Of a stretch of DNA of 64,000 nt, positions 10,712 through 19,808 are shown one piece after another. The stretch covers positions 120 through 64,119 of the forward strand of contig JALEPP010000050.1 in assembly GCA_022767075.1 (NCBI GenBank). The letters are read 5' to 3'. Numbering within the stretch: position 1 is the stretch's first letter; the number at the start of each line of letters is the position of its first letter. Made by a program: the position numbers and the translations under genes. The stretch comes from Agathobacter sp. Lineage in GTDB: Bacteria; Bacillota; Clostridia; Lachnospirales; Lachnospiraceae. The notes beneath the pieces were generated by a model. The model made no database searches. It was not told the DNA's origin and saw nothing but the letters and a program-made list of their open reading frames with translations.

Positions 10712-11599
10712 ATGGAACATAATTATAAAAACTCATACAAGGTACAGGAGAAGGAGTTAGTTTCCCTTTCTGTCTATAATGTCGGTTTTCAAAAATGCGA
10801 CCCTCTGTACCAATGGGGCCCGGGAATCCGAGACCACTATCTCATCCACTATATTATTTCCGGCAACGGAGTGTATCAGGTAAGCGGCAAGGAATATCTT
10901 CTGTCCGCCGGCGATGCCTTTCTGGTGTATCCCAACACCGAGGTTACCTACTTTGCAGACGAGAAAAATCCTTGGGAGTACGCCTGGGTTGGCTTTACCG
11001 GAAGCGACGCTTCCACCATCTTTCGAGCAACTGATTTCTCCAAAGAACAACCTGTAATTTCTCAAATTCCCTATGGAGAAGAACTTCGAAATGCAATTTT
11101 TGATATCTATGGTTGCAGAGGAAACGAATTCTATCACGCTCTGGAAATGACTGGACACCTCTATCGAATGCTTTCCATTCTTCTGCACAATGCCACTACC
11201 CAAAAGATACAAAATACCACCGGAAGCTATGTACAAAAAAGCATCGAGTACATTATGGCCAACTATTCTTATCCCATCACCATCGAGGACATTGCTTTCT
11301 ATGTGGGGCTTAGTCGAAGCCATCTATACCGCTCCTTCCAGACAACTATTGGAATGTCACCTAAGGAATACCTAACGGACTTTCGCATCAAGCAAGCCTG
11401 TGATCTACTTAAACATTCACAGTTGTCCATCACAGCTATTGCTAATTCTGTGGGATTTGATAACAGCCTCTATTTTTCTAAAACCTTTCATAAAAACAAA
11501 GGGGTTTCTCCTAAAGTATATCGGCAAAATAAAAGGAATGAATTGTGTATCAAGTACTTTTTCCCCAGTACAAAGCAAATACAACCTGGAGATATGTAA
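10712..11599 (+). CDS. AraC-family regulator (MsmR/RafR-like), divergent from galE
   Basis: N-terminal cupin (GPGIRDHYLIHYIISGNG, PWEYAWVGF) and C-terminal double HTH (IANSVGFDNSLYFSKTF). Confidence 0.92.
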   Translation: MEHNYKNSYKVQEKELVSLSVYNVGFQKCDPLYQWGPGIRDHYLIHYIISGNGVYQVSGKEYLLSAGDAFLVYPNTEVTYFADEKNPWEYAWVGFTGSDASTIFRATDFSKEQPVISQIPYGEELRNAIFDIYGCRGNEFYHALEMTGHLYRMLSILLHNATTQKIQNTTGSYVQKSIEYIMANYSYPITIEDIAFYVGLSRSHLYRSFQTTIGMSPKEYLTDFRIKQACDLLKHSQLSITAIANSVGFDNSLYFSKTFHKNKGVSPKVYRQNKRNELCIKYFFPSTKQIQPGDM

Positions 11600-11600
11600 C

Positions 11601-11632
11601 AAAAAAGCTCAGGTTAAAAAACCTGAGCCTTT
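11601..11632. terminator. Intrinsic terminator between convergent araC and rplT
   Basis: GCTCAGGTT-4nt-AACCTGAGC stem with an A6 run on the left (U-tract on minus strand). Confidence 0.8.
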
Positions 11633-11642
11633 AAGTACGTTA

Positions 11643-11999
11643 TTATTTCAAGTTAGCTTTTGCAAGTTCAACGAGCTTAGCAAATCCGGCTGCATCTGTA
11701 ACAGCCATATCAGCTAATACCTTACGGTTTAAGTCAGCTCCAGCAAGCTTTAATCCATGCATGAACTGGCTGTATGAAAGTCCGTTTAAACGAGCTGCTG
11801 CGTTGATACGAGCAATCCATAACTGACGGAACTGTCTCTTTCTCTCTTTACGTCCAGCATAAGAACTTGTTAAGGCTCTCATAACAGACTGTTTTGCTAC
11901 ACGATACTGCTTAGATCTAGCTCCTCTGTATCCTTTTGCTAATTTTAAAGTTCTATTATGTCTTTTCTTAGCGTTTAAGCCGCCTTTTACTCTTGCCAT
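11643..11999 (-). CDS. rplT: 50S ribosomal protein L20
   Basis: [32 protein letters not shown]. Confidence 0.99.
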   Translation of the reverse strand: MARVKGGLNAKKRHNRTLKLAKGYRGARSKQYRVAKQSVMRALTSSYAGRKERKRQFRQLWIARINAAARLNGLSYSQFMHGLKLAGADLNRKVLADMAVTDAAGFAKLVELAKANLK

Positions 12000-12025
12000 T
12001 ACTTAAAATCCTCCTTAACTAATTC

Positions 12026-12223
12026 TTACAAATATGGTAAAATCTTCTTCATCTGCTTAACGTTTGACTGATCAATCATAGCAGCTTTTCTAAGATTTCT
12101 CTTGGTCTTTGTAGACTTCTTGGTTAAGATATGTCTCTTATAAGCTTTATTTCTCTTTAATTTTCCTGTTCCTGTTAATTTGAAACGTTTTGCAGCTGCT
12201 CTGCTAGTTTTCATTTTTGGCAT
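12026..12223 (-). CDS. rpmI: 50S ribosomal protein L35
   Basis: [28 protein letters not shown]. Confidence 0.99.
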   Translation of the reverse strand: MPKMKTSRAAAKRFKLTGTGKLKRNKAYKRHILTKKSTKTKRNLRKAAMIDQSNVKQMKKILPYL

Positions 12224-12244
12224 TTTGATATCCTCCTTAAAATG

Positions 12245-12751
12245 TTATCTCTTTTCTGCCAGCACCATGCCGATGCTACGGCCTTCTACCTTTGGTGCTT
12301 TTTCCACTACTGCTACATCTGAAAGACTCTCGGCAAAATCATCTAAGATATGCTTACTGCTGTTCATGTGAGCCATCTCACGACCACGGAAACGAAGAGT
12401 AATCTTTACCTTATTTCCTTTTGCTAGGAATTTCTTTGCAGCATTCATTTTGGTGTTCAAATCATTGGTATCAATGTTTGGAGACAAACGAATCTCTTTT
12501 AATTCCACTGTCTTCTGCTTTTTCTTCGCATCCTTCTCCTTGCGAGCTTGTTCATAGCGGTACTTACCGTAATCTACAATCTTGCATACAGGTGGCTTAG
12601 CCGTAGGTGCGATTTTCACCAAGTCAAGTCCAGCTTCATCCGCCAGCTTCTGAGCTTCCTTTACCGGCATAACTCCAAGCTGATCGCCATTTTCTCCAAT
12701 CACTCGAACTTCTCGGTCTCTGATTTGTTCGTTAATCATTAATTCGCTAAT
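12245..12751 (-). CDS. infC: Translation initiation factor IF-3 (non-canonical ATT start at 12751)
   Basis: INEQIRDREVRVI, PPVCKIVDYGKY, LRFRGRE; GGAGG-9nt-ATT. Confidence 0.97.
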   Translation of the reverse strand: MSELMINEQIRDREVRVIGENGDQLGVMPVKEAQKLADEAGLDLVKIAPTAKPPVCKIVDYGKYRYEQARKEKDAKKKQKTVELKEIRLSPNIDTNDLNTKMNAAKKFLAKGNKVKITLRFRGREMAHMNSSKHILDDFAESLSDVAVVEKAPKVEGRSIGMVLAEKR

Positions 12752-12762
12752 GGTCTTGTACC

Positions 12763-12890
12763 TCCAAAAAAAATAGTGGATAGGCAGACTATCCACTAAC
12801 ATCTCAAAACACAATGTATGTTCGAAATATAAACACTAAGTCGCTCATTTGCGCTTAGGTGAGAGTGGATACTCTACTTGTTCTTCTAAC
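12763..12890 (-). ncRNA. L20 leader (infC-rpmI-rplT attenuator)
   Basis: 5' AAGTAGAGTATCCACTCTCACC segment; terminator TAGTGGATAG-5nt-CTATCCACTA plus long U-run directly before the RBS; upstream TATCCACT can pair with the terminator 5' arm. Confidence 0.8.
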
Positions 12891-12899
12891 AACTCTGAA

Positions 12900-12928
12900 A
12901 ATATAACATAAGAATATACCTACGTCAA
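12900..12928 (-). promoter_or_regulatory. SigA-type promoter of the infC operon
   Basis: TTGACG-17bp-TATATT with extended TG. Confidence 0.75.
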
Positions 12929-12977
12929 CACTTTTCCTGAAATAATTCCAAAAAAAATTTCAAAAAAGTCTTGTTCT

Positions 12978-13006
12978 TTGATAAGCACACTCGGTTGTGA
13001 TATGAT
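12978..13006 (+). promoter_or_regulatory. SigA-type promoter of the PHP gene
   Basis: TTGATA-17bp-TATGAT with extended TG. Confidence 0.65.
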
Positions 13007-13042
13007 TAGTTTTATCATACATCAGAAAGGATTGCAACCACT

Positions 13043-13873
13043 ATGGCAATTGATCTTCATGTTCATTCTACATTTTCAGATGGAACCAATACCCCTCAGG
13101 AGCTTGTGTCGCTTGCCAATAAAATTGGTCTTAGCGCCATGGCACTGACAGACCACGACACCTGTGAAGGTGTACCTTTTGCCAGGGACGCCGCCAAGGG
13201 CACGCCCCTAAAGGTCATCCCGGGGATTGAGCTTTCTACCGAGTATCATCATACAGAGGTTCATATTGTGGGATTAAATATTGATCCTGATAATAGGGAG
13301 CTATTAGAGGCCACAAGGGAATTTCGCCACAAGAGAGAACATCGAAATGAACTCATGATAGAGTTACTCCGGCAACAAGGCTTCTCCATTACCATGGAAG
13401 AGCTCATAGCAGATAATCCCGATGCCGTCATTACCAGAGCCAACATTGCACGGTTTTTGGTAGACCACGGCGAAATCGGTTCTGTGAATCATGCCTTTGA
13501 GCGATATCTGGGAGATGATTGTTCCTGCTATGTACCAAGAGAAAAAATCCCCCCTGCCAAAGCCTGCACCCTGATTCAACAGGCAGGCGGTATTCCAATT
13601 CTGGCTCATCCAGTGCTTTACCATATGAAAAAAGCACAGCTGGAGCAGATGATACAAGAGCTGATTCCATACGGATTAAAGGGGATGGAGGTATATTATT
13701 CCACCTACGACAGAGGTCAGACAAAGGACATGAAAAGCCTTGCGGATGAATACGGTCTTGTGGCAACCGGCGGTTCTGATTATCACGGAGATAACAAGCC
13801 CTATATCCATCTGGGAACCGGGAAGAACAATTTGAACATCCCAGACAGCATATTGTCCAAGCTGGGAATATAA
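13043..13873 (+). CDS. PHP-domain phosphoesterase (TrpH/YciV family)
   Basis: DLHVHSTFSDG, ALTDHDT, GIELS, LAHP, TGGSDYHG. Confidence 0.93.
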   Translation: MAIDLHVHSTFSDGTNTPQELVSLANKIGLSAMALTDHDTCEGVPFARDAAKGTPLKVIPGIELSTEYHHTEVHIVGLNIDPDNRELLEATREFRHKREHRNELMIELLRQQGFSITMEELIADNPDAVITRANIARFLVDHGEIGSVNHAFERYLGDDCSCYVPREKIPPAKACTLIQQAGGIPILAHPVLYHMKKAQLEQMIQELIPYGLKGMEVYYSTYDRGQTKDMKSLADEYGLVATGGSDYHGDNKPYIHLGTGKNNLNIPDSILSKLGI

Positions 13874-13877
13874 TATA

Positions 13878-13926
13878 TGAGTTGGGGATGGTCCCATTCT
13901 ACACCAACGGAACCATCCCCAACTCA
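13878..13926. repeat. 15-bp perfect inverted repeat filling a convergent intergenic gap
   Basis: TGAGTTGGGGATGGT-19nt-ACCATCCCCAACTCA; no U-tract on either side. Confidence 0.85.
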
Positions 13927-13927
13927 C

Positions 13928-14740
13928 CTATACACATATGTATTTTTCAATAATCTCAGCGATTGCATCCTCGTTGTTCGTATGCTCCGTTACGATGTCC
14001 GCTTCCTCTTTCACGATATCATGAGCATTCTTCATGGCAATTCCAAGATGGGCCGCATGAATCATTGCAATATCATTTCGCTCATCTCCCACTGCTATGG
14101 TATCCTCAATGGAAAGGTTTAAAAAAGAAGTCAGCTCTCTAACGCCGGTCCCCTTATCAATTCCCTTTGGGCAATACTCCAGGTACTCTTCACAAGAGAA
14201 AAATGCATTCATGTTTTTTTTCGTCCACTCGATGTTGTCATCCAAAAACCTTTGAAGCTTTCCGCTGTTCTCCGTGTCAATCATAAGAACCTTTTGCGGT
14301 TCCTTATCCAGTGCATCAAACACATTAAGAACCAGTTTATATGGCACATTGGATCTTCCAACGTAAAAATCCAACTCTCTGCTATGCTCCAGCGCTACAA
14401 TATGTGTATCATTATATGTCTGAATATGAATTCCAGCCTTCTTTGCTTCCTCAAAAAGTCGCTGAACATCCGGAAATGCTAATGATTTTTGAAACAAGAT
14501 GCGATCCGAAGAACAGTCATAAACCACCGCCCCATTAAAACAAATCATATAGCATCCAGCACTTGTGAGTCCAAGTTCTTTTGCTACGATTCTTCCACTT
14601 GCAACAGGACGACCTGTGCAGATCACAAAATAATTTCCTTGATGCAGCATTTTCTGGATTGCTTCCTTGTTTTTGGAAGAAATCTTTTTATCGTCGGTCA
14701 GCAATGTGCCATCCAAATCTGTGAATAGAATCTTTGCCAT
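13928..14740 (-). CDS. Cof-type HAD-IIB family hydrolase
   Basis: FTDLDGTLL, CTGR, DKGTGV, AVGDERNDIAM; GGGAGG RBS before ATG at 14740. Confidence 0.95.
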   Translation of the reverse strand: MAKILFTDLDGTLLTDDKKISSKNKEAIQKMLHQGNYFVICTGRPVASGRIVAKELGLTSAGCYMICFNGAVVYDCSSDRILFQKSLAFPDVQRLFEEAKKAGIHIQTYNDTHIVALEHSRELDFYVGRSNVPYKLVLNVFDALDKEPQKVLMIDTENSGKLQRFLDDNIEWTKKNMNAFFSCEEYLEYCPKGIDKGTGVRELTSFLNLSIEDTIAVGDERNDIAMIHAAHLGIAMKNAHDIVKEEADIVTEHTNNEDAIAEIIEKYICV

Positions 14741-14765
14741 AGTCTTTTCCTCCCTTCCAGAGTAT

Positions 14766-16910
14766 TTATATTTTTTCTGCTGGTACAAATACGCGACTTC
14801 CTTCCGGCTGTCTGATATGCTTTTTGGCAAGCATTAATGCCTCCTCACAGAACTGTTCCTGTGAGTTCACTAATACTTTACCACGTTTATCAACTTTTGC
14901 ATATTCTCCATTTGCTCCCATAAGATGAGCCTTTACATTGTCCGCAAGCTCCACCTTAAGAATATGCATTGCTTTTTCTTTTAATTCTTCCTCTAACACC
15001 GGAAAGATAATTTCTACCCGGCGATCAAGATTTCGTGGCATCCAGTCTGCACTTCCCATGTACACTTCAGGTTCTCCCGCATTTTCAAACACAAAAATTC
15101 TGCTGTGCTACAGAAAATTACCTACAATGGAGCGAACCGTAATATTTTCACTCACCCCCGGAATACCAACTCTAAGACAGCAAATGCCTCGCACAATCAG
15201 GTCAATCTTCACCCCGGCAGAGGATGCTTCATACAAGGCTCCAATGATTTCCGGATCGCACAAGGAATTCATTTTTGCAATGATTCTTGCATTTTCTCCA
15301 ACCCTTGCATTTTCTGTTTCTCTTCTAATCAGGGATAGGAATTTGTCCCTAAGCCAATAAGGAGCTAAAACTAACTCATTCCATGACAATGGCTCAGAGT
15401 ATCCGGACAGCATATTAAACACTGCAGTGGCATCTTCTCCGATAGAATCCTTACAGGTGAAAATACCACAATCCGTATAGAGCTTTGCCGTTGAATCGTT
15501 ATAATTTCCTGTTCCTAAATGGACATACAGACGAATACCATCCTCTTCTCTACGAACAACAAGGGCAATCTTACTGTGGGTTTTTAGTCCCACCAGACCA
15601 TAGATAACATGGCATCCAGCCTTCTCCAGCTTCTTCGCCCACACAATGTTATGCTCTTCATCAAATCTCGCCTTCAGCTCTACCAGAACTGTAACCTGTT
15701 TTCCATTTTCTGCCGCCTGGGCAAGACTTGCAATAATCGGCGAGTTGCCACTTACACGATACAGCGTCTGTTTGATTGCCAGCACCTGGGGATCCTTTGC
15801 TGCCTGTCTGATAAAATCAACAACGGGGTCAAAGGTTTCATAGGGATGATGTAAAAAGATATCCCCCTTTGCAATCTGACAAAAGATATTCTCTGTGGGA
15901 TCTATTTCCGGAACCGGTTGTGGCGTATAGCTTTCGTAGCGAAGATGGTCATACCCCTCAAGACCATACAGCTTCATTAGAAAAGTCAAATCCAAAGCCC
16001 CCGGAATATAGAACACATCTGCATCTTTGATTTTTAATTCATCCTTCAGAAAGCGAAGAATACGTTTGTCAACCTTTTCCTCCACCTCAAGACGGATTAC
16101 TTCTCCCCACTGACGCATTTTTAATTTGTTCTGAATCTCCTTCAAAAGGTCAGAAGCCTCATCCTCATCAATGGTCAAATCCGCATTTCTCATAATACGA
16201 TAGGGATACGCACAAATCACCTCATAATTAGAAAAAAGCTTAGCCAGATTTCTCTCAATGATTTGTTCCAGTAAAATCAGTGTAGTTTTCTCCCCCTCTT
16301 CACATGGGATATGAACCAATCTTGGAAGTCCTCCCGGCACCTGAACGGTTGCAAAAACATTTTCCTTTTCCTGTTCTTTGTCATGCTTCTTGATATTTTT
16401 TAACAGTGCTGCAATATTCAAGGTCTTGTTTCTAATAAGTGGAAACGGTCTTGAAGCATCAACAGCCATGGGTGTCAATACCGGATAGATTTCTTCCATA
16501 AAATATCGATCCACAAACTCTGCCTGAGCTTCCGATAGGTCCTCGTATTCTGCCACAATATGGATTCCTTCTTCATCCATAAGGGGAACTAAGGAGCGGT
16601 TAAACGTATGATACTGCTTCTCCACCAGTTCATGGGTTTTCTCACTAATTGCATCTAATTGTTCGGTAGCAGTCATTCCTGCAATGTCGCGTTTTTTGTA
16701 TCCGGCATGAACCATATCCTTTAGGGAAGCCACTCGTACCATGAAAAACTCATCCAGATTGGAAGAGGTAATACTTACAAATTTCAAACGTTCCAATAGT
16801 GGAATGCTTTTATCTCTTGCCTCATTTAGTACCCTTTGATCGAACTTTATCCAGCTTAATTCTCGATTTTCAAAATACTCCGGTTCTTGAAATCTAGATT
16901 TTGTATCCAT
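14766..16910 (-). pseudogene. ppk1: Polyphosphate kinase 1 interrupted by one in-frame TAG at 15108-15110 (714 codons if read through)
   Basis: NRELSW, SNLDEFFMVRVA, IKQTLYR, ELKARFDEE, GLKTHSK, then RSIVGNFL*HSRIFVFENAG...MGSADWMPRNLDRRVE continuing in the same frame. Confidence 0.9.
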
Positions 16911-16922
16911 ATATTCCTCCTG

Positions 16923-18461
16923 CTACTCCACCAAATACACCCTTTTTTCCTTTAAAACAGGCTTGATGCTATATACATTTTCAAAGAATTTTGTCTTAGA
17001 AGCAAACAGCGCCTGCTCCAAAGAGATATCCTCCAAGGACTCCACAGTGCACACCAGCTCTCTTTCTTTTAAAGCAATTCTCAGGCGTTTGAACTTCTGC
17101 TTGTGACTTTGGTCTAACGCATTTGCCACCCGAAGAATCGCCGCAAGCTTTGCAATAATCAGATATCCCTCTTGATCTAGCTCCACTGAAATATCCTCAT
17201 AGTCATCCAGCTCATTGTTATTGTACAAAATCGTAAGGGCTACTATCTGTCTCTCTCTATGACTAAGTCCAATAATTTCTGAGGCCATCACAATGTGATA
17301 TGCCATCCCAGGACTGTTTACAAAGCTTACGTATTTGCCGCAGTCATGCAAAATTGCTGCAACCTGAAGCAGCAGCCGCTCTCGTTTGGACAAACCATGA
17401 ATCCTCTTCATGGCATCAAAAATCTGGCCTGCGATATCCTGCAGGGCATTGAGATGTTCGCTGTAGCTGCCGTAATGCTCCGACAAATGTCTGGCCGCCG
17501 ACAGTACATCCTGATCAAAATCATGATATCCCTTTATGATTTTATTTTTGTAAGCGTAATCATAAGCAATTCCATCATGAATATTCAAACCCGGAATCCA
17601 AACCTTTTCTCCTCCAAAGTTTGATACCAAGACTTTACATAGAATCATAGACGGAACAATCAAGGGGTCATTTCTATTGGAAAGGTTCAACTCCTTGGAG
17701 ATTTCCTGAATAGTCTTTTTCTGCAATTTGGAGATATACTTAATGAGCTTTTCCCCTTTTACTACACATTCTCTGGCATCATCCTTTGCTACATTTTTCA
17801 TTAATTCCGTGCAATAATCCCCCATGAGAACCACATAAGCCACATTCTCCTTAAGGTATAACTGCATAAGGGTCTCGAGCTTCTTCTGGATATATTCCTC
17901 CAGCTGATTCTGATACTGCGCCAGTGTCTTACCTCTGTCCGCCAACAGCTCGCGCATGCGAATCGTACCCATCTCCAGTTGCTGCGTGGTAATCAGATTC
18001 CCTTTTTTAAAAAGGGTTATCTGCATGCTTGCACCACCAATATCCACAAAAGCCGCTGACTGCGCAATAATCTCTTCGAACTCCGGTCTTCCGGCTACTG
18101 ACTTGTAGCTGATAAAACGATGCTCTGAATTGCTCAGAACCTGAACTTCAATCCCTGTGCGCAGACGAATCTGGTCCAGCAGAAACAGTTCATTGCTGGC
18201 ACTATGAAAAATCACCGATGCATATGCTTCGTAATGGGAAACCCCATACTCTTTTATAACCCGTGAAAACTCTTTTAATATTTCACACAGTTCATCCACC
18301 AGCTGATACCCAATACTTCCGCTTCGATAGACATCTCTGCCAAGCTCTAATCTGGAGCGTAAATGGTCAACCTTGTGGATTTTTTTAGAGGTAATCTCAA
18401 AAATCTTAATGCTTACCTCATAGGAACCAATATAGATTGCTGCAAAAGTTTGAACTGCCAA
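16923..18461 (-). CDS. ppx: Ppx/GppA-family exopolyphosphatase-like protein with C-terminal HD domain (probable TTG start)
   Basis: AAIYIGS, DIGGASMQI, AAILHDCGK, LRVANALD; GGAGG-7nt-TTG; adjacent to ppk1. Confidence 0.85.
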   Translation of the reverse strand: MAVQTFAAIYIGSYEVSIKIFEITSKKIHKVDHLRSRLELGRDVYRSGSIGYQLVDELCEILKEFSRVIKEYGVSHYEAYASVIFHSASNELFLLDQIRLRTGIEVQVLSNSEHRFISYKSVAGRPEFEEIIAQSAAFVDIGGASMQITLFKKGNLITTQQLEMGTIRMRELLADRGKTLAQYQNQLEEYIQKKLETLMQLYLKENVAYVVLMGDYCTELMKNVAKDDARECVVKGEKLIKYISKLQKKTIQEISKELNLSNRNDPLIVPSMILCKVLVSNFGGEKVWIPGLNIHDGIAYDYAYKNKIIKGYHDFDQDVLSAARHLSEHYGSYSEHLNALQDIAGQIFDAMKRIHGLSKRERLLLQVAAILHDCGKYVSFVNSPGMAYHIVMASEIIGLSHRERQIVALTILYNNNELDDYEDISVELDQEGYLIIAKLAAILRVANALDQSHKQKFKRLRIALKERELVCTVESLEDISLEQALFASKTKFFENVYSIKPVLKEKRVYLVE

Positions 18462-18465
18462 AGCC

Positions 18466-19623
18466 TTACCTCCAACCGTTTGAATTCTCACTTGGATAGT
18501 TTCCTAGGATTTTTAGAGAAGTAGCCTCCTCCTTTAATCCTCTAAGAGCGTTCTGTACCGCACTATCCTCCAAGTTACCCTCAAAATCTACAAAAAATCG
18601 ATATTCCCACGCTTCCTCTCGAATTGGTCTGGACTGAATGCTACTCATATTGAGATTGTTGTAGATAAAATGAGAAAGCATGTGATATAAGGAACCACTT
18701 TCATGAGGTGCCTCAAAGCAAATACTTATCTTATTTGATTTTGGCGTATATACATGCCTATGTGACACCACGATAAAGCGCGTATAATTCTCCTTATTAT
18801 CCTGAATGGAGTCCTCTAGGATCTTGAGTCCATAAATCTTTGCATTGCCTACGCCGGCAATTGCCGCGTGAGTCTTATCCTTATCATCTCGGATTTTCAT
18901 GGCAGCAATGGCTGTGTTCAATACACGAAGCTGTCCCCAGTTGCTGTGACCCTTTAGATACTGTTCGCACTGCATCAAGGCCTGTGGATGAGAATAAACC
19001 TCCTTAATGTCCTCCATGGTGGCATCCTCCGTTCCAAGAAGTGCATGGCGTATCTGAATAATCTGTTCTCCCACAATAGTATTATCATATTCTACAAGCA
19101 AATCGTAGTTCTCCGAAACCGCTCCTGCTGAGGAGTTTTCGATTGGCAAAACTGCAAAAGCCGCATCTCCATTGGATATTGCTTCCATGGCCTCTCTCCA
19201 TGTATCCACATGATAGCTGTCACAATTCATTCCAAAAAAAGACATCACTGCCTGCTGAGTATAAGCCCCTTGTGCCCCTTGAAAAACAACCTTACCGGAG
19301 CTCATATCAATCTCATCCATCAGATTAAACCCAAAGGGTTCCATGATTCCATGTTCGGATAAAAGCTGATACTGTCTCTTTCTGCTTCCGGACATAATCT
19401 GTTGAAACAGCTCTCTAATTCCACAGCCATTGAACGGAGTAGATGCCATCGCTGACAGACTGTCCAGCTTCTCCTTTTCCCTCACAGGATCATAGACACT
19501 TTTTCCGGTGCGTATCTTATAATCTGCAACCTGTTCTGCCTTTTTCATTCGTTCTTCATATAGTCTTACAATCTCTTGATCAATTGTATCAATCTCGTTT
19601 CTTATTTCCAGTAAATCTCGCAT
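18466..19623 (-). CDS. pheA: Bifunctional chorismate mutase/prephenate dehydratase
   Basis: LLEIRNEIDTID CM domain; LPIENSSAG, YSHPQALMQC, NYTRF; ACT domain IQSRP, YRFFVD. Confidence 0.95.
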   Translation of the reverse strand: MRDLLEIRNEIDTIDQEIVRLYEERMKKAEQVADYKIRTGKSVYDPVREKEKLDSLSAMASTPFNGCGIRELFQQIMSGSRKRQYQLLSEHGIMEPFGFNLMDEIDMSSGKVVFQGAQGAYTQQAVMSFFGMNCDSYHVDTWREAMEAISNGDAAFAVLPIENSSAGAVSENYDLLVEYDNTIVGEQIIQIRHALLGTEDATMEDIKEVYSHPQALMQCEQYLKGHSNWGQLRVLNTAIAAMKIRDDKDKTHAAIAGVGNAKIYGLKILEDSIQDNKENYTRFIVVSHRHVYTPKSNKISICFEAPHESGSLYHMLSHFIYNNLNMSSIQSRPIREEAWEYRFFVDFEGNLEDSAVQNALRGLKEEATSLKILGNYPSENSNGWR

Positions 19624-19719
19624 GTCAAACTACTTCTCTTACCCTTTCTCAATCCCATTCCTTTGCCACTTATGCTATCCTTTTTCCTTATAAAAATAAT
19701 AATACAACCCACTATGAAA

Positions 19720-19760
19720 GGCAAGGTTGCCTTGAAAGAAACCTTGCCAAAGGCTATAAT
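19720..19760 (+). promoter_or_regulatory. SigA-type promoter of the DUF5050 gene with a 9-bp inverted repeat bracketing the -35
   Basis: TTGAAA(19732)-17bp-TATAAT(19755); GGCAAGGTT-11nt-AACCTTGCC. Confidence 0.7.
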
Positions 19761-19808
19761 TAAATTAAATAAATGTGATAACCAAAAGCCAGATTAGGAG
19801 GCGAAGGT

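Noticed and set aside
12752-12814. N-terminal extensions in the ORF track (infC, rimP, HAD, ppx, uppS, galE, rseP)
   Set aside because: Better RBS-supported or coupled starts lie downstream; the extensions overlap leaders or neighbouring genes.
14766-15092. 108-aa ORF as an independent gene
   Set aside because: It is the in-frame C-terminal part of Ppk1 and has no evident RBS.
15108-15110. Genome-wide TAG reassignment as explanation for the ppk1 stop
   Set aside because: nrnA (256), HAD (13928), ppx (16923), ispG (33095) and degV (41047) end at TAG at their expected C-termini, and no other gene here has an internal TAG.
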